Source: Chthoniobacteraceae bacterium
GTDB lineage: Bacteria > Verrucomicrobiota > Verrucomicrobiia > Chthoniobacterales > Chthoniobacteraceae
Assembly (NCBI GenBank): GCA_031409335.1
Contig: JANNWY010000320.1
Location: 1 to 13,971 of the forward strand
Length of the DNA: 13,971 nucleotides
Direction: 5' to 3'
This document shows positions 7,425 to 13,971 of the stretch, in pieces. The translations under genes and the position numbers were made by a program. Position 1 is the first letter of the stretch. Each line of letters opens with the position of its first letter. The notes beneath the pieces are model-generated. The model was not told the DNA's origin, did no database searches, and saw only the letters and a program-made list of their open reading frames with translations.

Positions 7425-7453
7425 ATTAGCCAGCCAATCCCGAGGTCTGTCAA
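7425..7453 (-). promoter_or_regulatory. Putative sigma70-type promoter for the PQQ-repeat and L,D-transpeptidase genes
   Basis: Minus-strand TTGACA (7453-7448), 17-nt spacer, GCTAAT (7430-7425), about 20 nt upstream of ATG 7405. The -10 box is imperfect. Confidence 0.4.
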
Positions 7454-7472
7454 GGGTCGCTCACATTCCCAA

Positions 7473-7567
7473 TCCTGCTCCTGCTCCTGCTCTTGATCTT
7501 GATCTCTCCGTTCGACGAATTGGAGCAGGATCAAGAGCAGGAGCAAGATCAGGAGCAGGAGCAGGAG
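7473..7567. repeat. Inverted array of hexamer repeats between divergent genes
   Basis: TCCTGC/TCTTGA units at about 7473-7506 face GCAGGA/TCAAGA-type units at about 7522-7567, so the two arms are mutually complementary. Translates as DQEQEQ on both strands. Confidence 0.85.
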
Positions 7568-7624
7568 CCGACACTCTTCAACAGCCAGCTAGACCAATCC
7601 GATTCGATCCTGCAACGTCCCGCC

Positions 7625-7939
7625 GTGTTCCGATTCATCATTCCCGCCACGAAGGGTCTCATCCGCGAACAAACCACGCGCCGGAGCGCGATGTTTGCGG
7701 TGATGCTTGGCGCGCTGGTGATGCTGTTTCTCGGCGCGACTTTTCTCGATGGCTGGCTCCGCGAGCATCCCGTGCTTTTCATCCTCTTCTGGCTCACGTG
7801 CGGATGGGTCACACTCACGGCGCTGCTGCTCGCCTTCTACGATCTGCTGATGGTCCGCGCCGCCGCCCGGCGCGAACGGCGCCGGCTGCTGACGGAGCAT
7901 TTCAAGTCTGGAAAGTCCACGGATGAAACCCCGCGCTGA
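7625..7939 (+). CDS. Small inner-membrane hypothetical protein with two predicted TM helices
   Basis: Hydrophobic segments MFAVMLGALVMLFLGATFL and VLFILFWLTCGWVTLTALLLAFY, then a basic tail. Start uncertain (GTG 7625 or ATG 7691). Overlaps the dgt start by 17 nt. Confidence 0.65.
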   Translation: MFRFIIPATKGLIREQTTRRSAMFAVMLGALVMLFLGATFLDGWLREHPVLFILFWLTCGWVTLTALLLAFYDLLMVRAAARRERRRLLTEHFKSGKSTDETPR

Positions 7940-9062
7940 ATTCGAGGCCCAGGAGCGCGCATCGCTCGCGCCGTATGCGCAGAAGACCGCCGATTCCGCA
8001 GGCCGCAAATATCCCGAGCCGCCGCATCCGCACCGCACCGCCTACGAGCGCGACCGCGCGCGCATCATTCACTCGCGCGCCTTTCGCCGCCTCGAGTACA
8101 AGACGCAAGTCTTCCTCAATGGCACCGGCGACCATCTGCGCACGCGCCTCACCCACACGATCGAAGTCGCATCCATCAGCCGCACCATCGCGCGGGCGCT
8201 CGGACTGAATGAAGACCTCACCGAAGCGATCGCCCTCGCGCACGATCTCGGTCATCCGCCGTTTGGCCACGGCGGGGAGGAAACGCTCGATGAATTGATG
8301 CGCGGCCACGGTGGCTTCGATCACAACGATCAGAGCGTGCGCATCGTCGAACTCGTGGAGCAAAAATATCCGCGCTTTCCCGGCCTGAATCTGTCCTTCG
8401 AGGTGATCGAAGGATTAAAAAAACACGCCGCATTTTACGACCCGCCCGAGGCCAGCGCCGACCGCTACGCCTGTCCATCGCTGGAAGCGCAGATCGCCAA
8501 TCTTGCCGACGAAATCACCTACTACAGCCACGATCTCGACGACGGCCTCGACTTCCACCTGATCACCGCCACGCAGCTCGCCGACCTCGAAGCATGGACG
8601 CGCAGCTACGACGAAGTGCGCGGCCACTTCCCGAAACTCCGCGGACGCGAGCTGGACAGCTACGTCATCCGCTCGATCATCGACCGCCAGGTCCAGGACG
8701 TGATCAGCACCAGCGGCGAATCCATCCGCAAAGCCCGCGTGCAAAGCGCCGATGAAGTCCGCCGCCAGCCCAAGCCGCTCATCCGCTACAGCACTGCGCT
8801 CCTGCGCGCGAACCGCAGCCTGCGCCGCTTCCTATACAAAAATCTCTACTACCACCCGCGAGTCGCCGGCGTGAACCAAAACGCCTGCCGGATGCTGCGC
8901 GAAGTCTTTGGCGCCTATCTGAAAAAGCCATCGCTCCTCGGAAAAACCACCGCCAAACGCATCGAAAAAGACGGCCTGCATCGCACCGTCTGCGACTACC
9001 TCTCCGGCATGACTGACCGCTACCTCATCGAAGAACACGCCCGCCTTTTCAGCGGAAAGTAG
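7923..9062 (+). CDS. dgt: Deoxyguanosinetriphosphate triphosphohydrolase-like HD-domain protein
   Basis: RDRARIIHSRAFRRLEYKTQVF, RTRLTHTIEV, AHDLGHPPFGHGGE, ADEITYYSHDLDDG and DYLSGMTDRY. Confidence 0.95.
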   Translation: MKPRAEFEAQERASLAPYAQKTADSAGRKYPEPPHPHRTAYERDRARIIHSRAFRRLEYKTQVFLNGTGDHLRTRLTHTIEVASISRTIARALGLNEDLTEAIALAHDLGHPPFGHGGEETLDELMRGHGGFDHNDQSVRIVELVEQKYPRFPGLNLSFEVIEGLKKHAAFYDPPEASADRYACPSLEAQIANLADEITYYSHDLDDGLDFHLITATQLADLEAWTRSYDEVRGHFPKLRGRELDSYVIRSIIDRQVQDVISTSGESIRKARVQSADEVRRQPKPLIRYSTALLRANRSLRRFLYKNLYYHPRVAGVNQNACRMLREVFGAYLKKPSLLGKTTAKRIEKDGLHRTVCDYLSGMTDRYLIEEHARLFSGK

Positions 9063-9182
9063 CACGCGCGCGCAGAATTCCCCGGCGCTGAATTTGCACT
9101 TTACACGTCTGGGTCGGCAAATAGCTTTCGGCTTTCAAACGGAAACACGAGGAACAAAAGCTATCAACCGAGGCACAAAATC

Positions 9183-9665
9183 ATGAGGCCGATCATCTAC
9201 CTGATCATCATCGCCGCCGCAGGCTATCTGGGATACAATTACTACATGGAACGATCCGGCGGCGGCGCCGGCGTTTCCGAAGAAAGCACGCCCGGAACGC
9301 CCGCAGCCGCGTCGGCGACAACTTCCACGCGCGGTCCGGCAGCAGCGACTTCTGGAAATCCCGCGCCGGTTTTCAAATCGAAAATCATCATCCCGGACGG
9401 CCCGCCAGGTGAGAAGCATCTCGCCAAGCCGGGGATTTTCTACGTGCTGGAGCGGGCAAGCACCGAGCACGCGACCGGGGTCGCAGCCGTGGTGCCGGGC
9501 GAGGAAGTGCGGCTGGTGACGCGCAAAGGCAACGGCACCGTGAAAGTGAGCAACGGCAAATACGAGTTTGAGTTGAAAGAATCCCAACTGACCAACGATC
9601 TCGACGTGGCGCAGGCAGCCGAGCGCAAATTCGCGCTGACGAATCCGCCGCCGCGCGAGCGATAA
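9183..9665 (+). CDS. Membrane-anchored hypothetical protein (N-terminal TM, low-complexity linker, small beta-rich C-terminal domain)
   Basis: MRPIIYLIIIAAAGYLGYNYY anchor; Ala/Thr/Pro/Gly linker; beta-rich VVPGEEVRLVTRKGNGTVKVSNGKYEFEL; GAGG upstream of the ATG; 12-nt gap to dprA. Confidence 0.75.
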   Translation: MRPIIYLIIIAAAGYLGYNYYMERSGGGAGVSEESTPGTPAAASATTSTRGPAAATSGNPAPVFKSKIIIPDGPPGEKHLAKPGIFYVLERASTEHATGVAAVVPGEEVRLVTRKGNGTVKVSNGKYEFELKESQLTNDLDVAQAAERKFALTNPPPRER

Positions 9666-9677
9666 CAGCCGAAATTC

Positions 9678-10769
9678 ATGACCGGGATCGAGGCTTGCAT
9701 TGCCCTCAATATGGTCCCGAACCTCGGGCCGGTGCGGCTGCGGAAGCTGCTCGAGGTTTTTGAAACGCCCGAGCGGGTGCTGCTCGCGCGCGCCGGGGAA
9801 TTGAAAGCAGTCGATGGCATCGGCAAGGAAGTCGCGGAGGGCATCGCCACGTGGGAATCGCTCGTCGATCTTCCAGCGGAACTGCGGCGCATCGAGGAAT
9901 TTGGCGCGCGCGTCATCACGCGCGATGCGGCAGAATATCCGCGCGACCTCCGCGAGATCTACAACCCGCCGATCGTGCTCTACGTGTGGGGAACCCTGAC
10001 CGAGCGCGACCATCGGGCGGTCGGCGTGGTGGGTTCGCGGAAGACGAGCCACTACGGCCTCGAATGCGCGAAGAAGCTCTCCTACCAGATCGCCTACGCG
10101 GGCCTCACCGTGGTCAGCGGGCTCGCGCGCGGGATCGACACTTCGGCGCACCAGGGCGCGCTCGCCGCCGAGGGCCGCACGGTCGCGGTCATCGGCTCCG
10201 GCTTGATGGATCTCTACCCGCCGGAAAACCAGGGTCTCGCGGAAAAGATCGCGGAATCCGGCGCGGTCGTCTCGGAATACCCGATGGAATTTCCCCCGGC
10301 GCGGGAAAATTTCCCGTACCGGAACCGGATCGTCGCCGGCTGGGGACAGGGGCTGCTCGTCGTCGAGGCTGGGTTGAATAGCGGCGCGCTGATCACAGCG
10401 GGGCAGGCGATCGATCACGGCCGGCAAGTCTATGCCGTGCCGGGGCCGATCGACCGGCCGACTTCCGCCGGATCGAACCGGCTCATACAACAAGGCGCGA
10501 AGCTGGTGGTGAGCGCGAGCGACATTCTCGATGACCTGAATGTGCTGCTCCCGCCCGAGCCCAAAGCCAGGCCGGCGAGCGCCACGCCGCAAAACAACTC
10601 CGGGGAAGAGCAATCCATCATCGACAGCCTCGGCGATGCGGAAACGAGCCTCGATGACATCGTTGCGCGGACCGGGCTGCCGATTCAGACGGTGTCCTCG
10701 ACTCTGCTCGGCTTGGAAATGAAGCGCCGGGTCCGCAGGCTGCCCGGCCAGCATTTCGCAAAAGTCTGA
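9678..10769 (+). CDS. dprA: DNA-processing protein DprA (Smf)
   Basis: YPRDLREIYNPPIVLYVWG, VGVVGSR, VVSGLARGIDTSAH, FPYRNRIVAG, VVEAGLNSGALITA, GSNRLIQQGA, and a C-terminal winged-helix-like end. Confidence 0.97.
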   Translation: MTGIEACIALNMVPNLGPVRLRKLLEVFETPERVLLARAGELKAVDGIGKEVAEGIATWESLVDLPAELRRIEEFGARVITRDAAEYPRDLREIYNPPIVLYVWGTLTERDHRAVGVVGSRKTSHYGLECAKKLSYQIAYAGLTVVSGLARGIDTSAHQGALAAEGRTVAVIGSGLMDLYPPENQGLAEKIAESGAVVSEYPMEFPPARENFPYRNRIVAGWGQGLLVVEAGLNSGALITAGQAIDHGRQVYAVPGPIDRPTSAGSNRLIQQGAKLVVSASDILDDLNVLLPPEPKARPASATPQNNSGEEQSIIDSLGDAETSLDDIVARTGLPIQTVSSTLLGLEMKRRVRRLPGQHFAKV

Positions 10770-10885
10770 TCGCGCGCCCGCCCGGTCTGGTCGGTTTGCA
10801 TTTCCACGCTGGCGCGTACAATTCCCGCTATTGAGCGGCTCGGTGGCGTCATTCAGACCACCTCACGACCGTCTCAAAATGCCGT

Positions 10886-10982
10886 TTGCCAATCCAAATA
10901 GTGTCTTCTACTTTCCTCGCCCTCGCATTGGGCCAGCGCGTTAAAGCGTTGCAAATACAACATTTCAAAAGGCTTTAGAGGA
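10886..10982 (+). promoter_or_regulatory. Putative sigma70 promoter and ribosome-binding site for topB
   Basis: TTGCCA (10886-10891), 17 nt, TACTTT (10909-10914); GAGGA at 10978-10982, 8 nt before ATG 10991. A second candidate, TTGCAT-15nt-TACAAT, lies at 10796-10822. Confidence 0.45.
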
Positions 10983-10990
10983 ACTCAATC

Positions 10991-13528
10991 ATGCCGAAGA
11001 CGCTCGTAATCGCCGAAAAACCCAGTGTCGCCACCGACTTGGCGAAAGCGCTCGGCGTGAAAAAGGACGGTGACTGGTATGAGAACGACAAGTGGGTGAT
11101 TTCGTCCGCCGTCGGCCATTTGCTGGAACTCGCGCCCCCCGAGGGCTTCGAGCCAGCGCGGGGGAAATGGAAGATCGAAAACCTGCCGTCGCTGCCGCCG
11201 GAATTCGCGCTCGCGCCGATCGATAAGAACGTGGGCCGGCTCAATGTGCTGAAGCGTTTGCTCAAGCGGAAGGAAGTCGATGCGATCATCAACGCGTGCG
11301 ATGCGGGCCGCGAAGGCGAACTGATTTTCCGCAACATCGTCCGCGCCGTCGGCGTGAAAAAGCCGATCCAGCGCCTCTGGCTGCAATCGATGACGACGGA
11401 ATCGATCCGCACCGCTTTCCAAAACCTCCGCTCCGACGCCGAGATGCAGCCGCTCTCCGACGCCGCACTTTCGCGCTCCGAGTCGGACTGGCTGGTCGGG
11501 ATCAATTCCACGCGCGCCCTCACCGCGTTCAACTCGCAAGGCGGCGGTTTCAACAAAACCACCGCAGGCCGCGTGCAGACGCCGACGCTCGCGATCCTCG
11601 TCGATCGGGAGGAAAAAATCCGCGCCTTCCAGCCGCGCGCGTATTGGGAAGTGTTCGGCGATTTCGGCGTCGAGGCGGGAAGCTATCGCGGGCGGTGGTT
11701 CGATGCGGCTTTCAAAAAGGTCGCCGAAGAGGACCGCGCGGAACGCATTTGGGAACAGGCCAAAGCGGATGCGATCAAGGCGAAATGCGAAGGCAAACCG
11801 GGGACGATTTCCGAGGAGAAAAAGCCGACGAGCCAGATCGCGCCGCAGCTTTACGATCTCACCACGCTCCAGCGCGAGGCGAACCAGCGGCACGGTTTTC
11901 CCGCGAAGATGACGCTGCAAATCGCGCAGGCACTTTACGAAAAACACAAAGCGCTCACCTACCCGCGAACCGACTCGCGCTACCTGCCCGAGGACCACGT
12001 TGCCACCGCAAAGCACGTCATGGGCAGCTTCACGGATCGCTCGCTCGCGATCCACGCCGAGAAGGCGTTGCGCGACGGGATGGTGCATCCGAACAAACGC
12101 ATCTTTAACAACGCGAAAGTCAGCGATCACTTTGCGATCGTGCCGACGGGCACGGCGCCAAATGGGTTGAGCGAGACCGAGGCGAAAATCTACGACCTCG
12201 TCGCGCGGCGCTTCATCGCGGTGTTTTATCCGGCGGCGCAGTTTGAAGTGACGACGCGCATCACGACGGTCGTCGGCGAGAAATTCAAGACGGACGGCAA
12301 GATCATCGTCGATCCCGGCTGGCTCGCGGTCTATGGCCGACAGGCTGAAGGTGAGGGCGAAAACGACAAGGCGATTGTCGCCGTCAAGCCGGGTGAACGT
12401 GCTTCGGGTGCCGCTAAGTATAACGACGCTGAGAAGGCTTCAATTTACCGCGAAAACATTGAAGCGGGCGAGAAAGCGAAGACCGAGGCAATCGAGGTGA
12501 AGGAAAACGTCACCAAACCCGCGCCACGCTACACGGAAGCGACGCTGCTTTCCGCGATGGAAGGCGCGGGCAAACTCATCGACGACGAAGAGCTGCGCGA
12601 AGCCATGAGCGAGCGCGGCCTCGGCACTCCAGCCACGCGCGCGCAGGTTATCGAGGGGCTGATTTACGAAGGCTACCTCATCCGACAGGGCCGCGATCTC
12701 ATCGTCACGGCGAAAGGACTTTCGCTCATCACCCTGCTGCGCAGCCTCAAAGCCGAGTCGCTCACCAAGCCCGAGCTGACCGGCGAATGGGAATCCAAGC
12801 TCCGCCAGATGGAGCGTGGCCAGCTCTCGCGCCCCGCCTTCATGGAGCAAATCCGCGGACTCACCACCGACATCGTGAGCAAAGTGCGCGGCGGCATGGG
12901 CACGGTGGTCGAGGGAAAATTCCACGATCTCGAAGTGAAGTGTCCCAAGTGCGGCGGGCCGCGTTTCAAGGAAAGCTTCAAGGCATACGAATGCGTGAAT
13001 CCCGAGTGCAAAATGCTGATCTGGAAAAGCATGTCCGGGCGCGAGCTGGAGCGGGAGGAAGTCATCAAGCTCGTCAGCGAAAAGCGCGTCGGCCCGCTCG
13101 AAGGTTTCCGCAGCAAACTCGGGCGCGGCTTCAACGCCGTCGTCATGCTCGACACCGAAGAATGGAAACAGAAGTTCGACTTTCCCGACAAAGACGGCGC
13201 GGACGGGAAGCCGCTCGACCTCAGCCAGGCAAAGGAACTCGGCGAATCCGTTAACGGCAAAATCTACGAAACCGACGCCGCATTCCTGTGTGTGAAAGAC
13301 GGTGCGAAACCCATCCGCATGGGCAAACTCATCTGCCAGCGCACCATCCCGGTTGATCAGGCAATGAAGATTTTCCGCGACGGAAAGACGGACCTGCTCC
13401 CCCGTTTCATCAGCAAAAAGGGCAAACCCTTCGCCGCGTATCTCAAGCTCGAGGAAGGCAAGGTGACGTTCGAGTTCGCCCCGCGGGACAAGAAGCTCAC
13501 GAAGCCAAAGGTCGCGAAGGTGGCGTAG
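10991..13528 (+). CDS. topB: Type IA DNA topoisomerase, topoisomerase III-like
   Basis: Toprim LVIAEKPSVA and NACDAGREGELIF; GRVQTPTL; active site LTYPRTDS; GLGTPATRA; zinc ribbon CPKC...CVNPEC; C-terminal repeats GFRSKLGRGFNA and FISKKGKPFAAYL. Confidence 0.92.
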   Translation: MPKTLVIAEKPSVATDLAKALGVKKDGDWYENDKWVISSAVGHLLELAPPEGFEPARGKWKIENLPSLPPEFALAPIDKNVGRLNVLKRLLKRKEVDAIINACDAGREGELIFRNIVRAVGVKKPIQRLWLQSMTTESIRTAFQNLRSDAEMQPLSDAALSRSESDWLVGINSTRALTAFNSQGGGFNKTTAGRVQTPTLAILVDREEKIRAFQPRAYWEVFGDFGVEAGSYRGRWFDAAFKKVAEEDRAERIWEQAKADAIKAKCEGKPGTISEEKKPTSQIAPQLYDLTTLQREANQRHGFPAKMTLQIAQALYEKHKALTYPRTDSRYLPEDHVATAKHVMGSFTDRSLAIHAEKALRDGMVHPNKRIFNNAKVSDHFAIVPTGTAPNGLSETEAKIYDLVARRFIAVFYPAAQFEVTTRITTVVGEKFKTDGKIIVDPGWLAVYGRQAEGEGENDKAIVAVKPGERASGAAKYNDAEKASIYRENIEAGEKAKTEAIEVKENVTKPAPRYTEATLLSAMEGAGKLIDDEELREAMSERGLGTPATRAQVIEGLIYEGYLIRQGRDLIVTAKGLSLITLLRSLKAESLTKPELTGEWESKLRQMERGQLSRPAFMEQIRGLTTDIVSKVRGGMGTVVEGKFHDLEVKCPKCGGPRFKESFKAYECVNPECKMLIWKSMSGRELEREEVIKLVSEKRVGPLEGFRSKLGRGFNAVVMLDTEEWKQKFDFPDKDGADGKPLDLSQAKELGESVNGKIYETDAAFLCVKDGAKPIRMGKLICQRTIPVDQAMKIFRDGKTDLLPRFISKKGKPFAAYLKLEEGKVTFEFAPRDKKLTKPKVAKVA

Positions 13529-13530
13529 GC

Positions 13531-13684
13531 GGGAAATGAGTAATGAGGTAAGGAGTAAATGGGTAGGGAATGACTATTGACGGAATGAGATAGTGAAGAG
13601 TCCGCCGTCTGCCAGCGGGCGCATGACTCATTAGGCATTCGGTCATTATTTACTCATTCACTCCTTACTCATTACTCATTTCCC
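13531..13684. repeat. Long imperfect inverted repeat built from AATGAG(T)-type short units, filling the topB-trmD intergenic region
   Basis: Perfect terminal 17-bp IR: GGGAAATGAGTAATGAG (13531-13547) and CTCATTACTCATTTCCC (13668-13684). Pairing continues imperfectly inward (GTAAGGAGT with ACTCCTTAC; AATGAC with GTCATT). Confidence 0.88.
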
Positions 13685-13687
13685 AGC

Positions 13688-13971
13688 GTGCGCCTCGACA
13701 TCCTCACGATCTTCCCCGAAATCGCCGCCGCCCCGCTCGGCGCGAGCATGATCGGGAAGGCGCAACAGCGCGGCCTCGTCGATCTGCGTATCCATAATTT
13801 GCGCGACTGGGCGACGAACAAACACCGCACGACCGACGACACGCCCTACGGCGGCAGCCAGGGCATGGTGATGACGTGCGAACCGTTCTTCGCCGCCGTC
13901 GAAGAGCTGCGGGCCGATTGCGGATTGCGGATTGCGGATTGCGGATTGGAAGCAGTGAACGCCGCAAACAA
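13688..13971 (+). CDS. trmD: tRNA (guanine37-N1)-methyltransferase TrmD, 5' part, truncated by the window end
   Basis: Manual translation from GTG 13688: MRLDILTIFPEIAAAPLGASMIGKAQQRGLVDLRIHNLRDWATNKHRTTDDTPYGGSQGMVMTCEPFFAAVEELR..., matching the TrmD N-terminus (ILTIFPE, LRD, DDxPYGGxxGM). Not in the ORF track because there is no stop in the window. Confidence 0.95.
   Translation, partial: MRLDILTIFPEIAAAPLGASMIGKAQQRGLVDLRIHNLRDWATNKHRTTDDTPYGGSQGMVMTCEPFFAAVEELRADCGLRIADCGLEAVNAAN
13916..13948 (+). repeat. Heptamer tandem repeat (GATTGCG)x4 plus GATTG inside trmD
   Basis: Units start at 13916, 13923, 13930 and 13937, with a partial unit at 13944-13948. Reads DCGLRIADCGL in the trmD frame. 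Confidence 0.92.

Noticed and set aside
7406..7624. N-terminal extensions of the ORFs 6170-7546 (-) and 7493-7939 (+)
   Set aside because: They are translations of the inverted hexamer repeat; better starts exist at 7405 (signal peptide) and 7625/7691.
7923..9062. dGTPase as an anti-phage defence gene
   Set aside because: Short, conserved housekeeping-type Dgt with host-like codon usage in a dprA/topB/trmD context; no defence-island neighbours.
9105..9170. c-di-GMP-I riboswitch suggested by GGCAAA...GAAA...AAAGC
   Set aside because: The stem that should follow GGCAAA and the GACGCAAAGC-type junction are missing; only an 8-bp IR is supportable.
9135..10754. 539-aa minus-strand ORF, and similar long antisense or alternate-frame ORFs (1412-2659, 10985-12130, 6590-7357)
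   Set aside because: They shadow well-supported genes, have no recognisable motifs, and are expected in GC-rich DNA with strong codon bias.
9678..13528. dprA next to a type IA topoisomerase as a novel association
   Set aside because: dprA adjacent to topA or topB is a common bacterial arrangement.
13531..13684. CRISPR array, tRNA or intrinsic terminator
   Set aside because: No repeat-spacer periodicity, no cloverleaf or T-loop motif, and no U-tract; it is a degenerate short-unit inverted repeat.
13704..13967. 87-aa minus-strand ORF containing IRNPQSAIRN
   Set aside because: It is antisense to trmD, and the peptide is simply the reverse reading of the GATTGCG repeat.

Overview
GC-rich bacterial DNA, probably Verrucomicrobiota/PVC group (inferred from the protein families and repeat styles). 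Left to right: an AT-richer secreted Asp-box/BNR beta-propeller gene; a three-gene operon with overlapping ORFs (asparagine-synthetase-like ATP-dependent ligase lacking the N-terminal Cys, radical SAM enzyme resembling archaeal RaSEA/TIGR01210, PrnC-like flavin-dependent halogenase); a convergent minus-strand pair (PQQ-like beta-propeller, YafK/DpaA-like L,D-transpeptidase); then a housekeeping run (small membrane protein, dgt, membrane-anchored hypothetical, dprA, topB, partial trmD missed by the ORF track). Best candidate for a new system: the ligase/RaSEA-like/halogenase operon. Second theme: short palindromic or tandem-repeat elements, several inside reading frames (two GTGG-footed REP doublets in the radical SAM gene, a GATTGCG array in trmD) and two intergenic inverted arrays. 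All family calls come from motif recognition; no searches were run.
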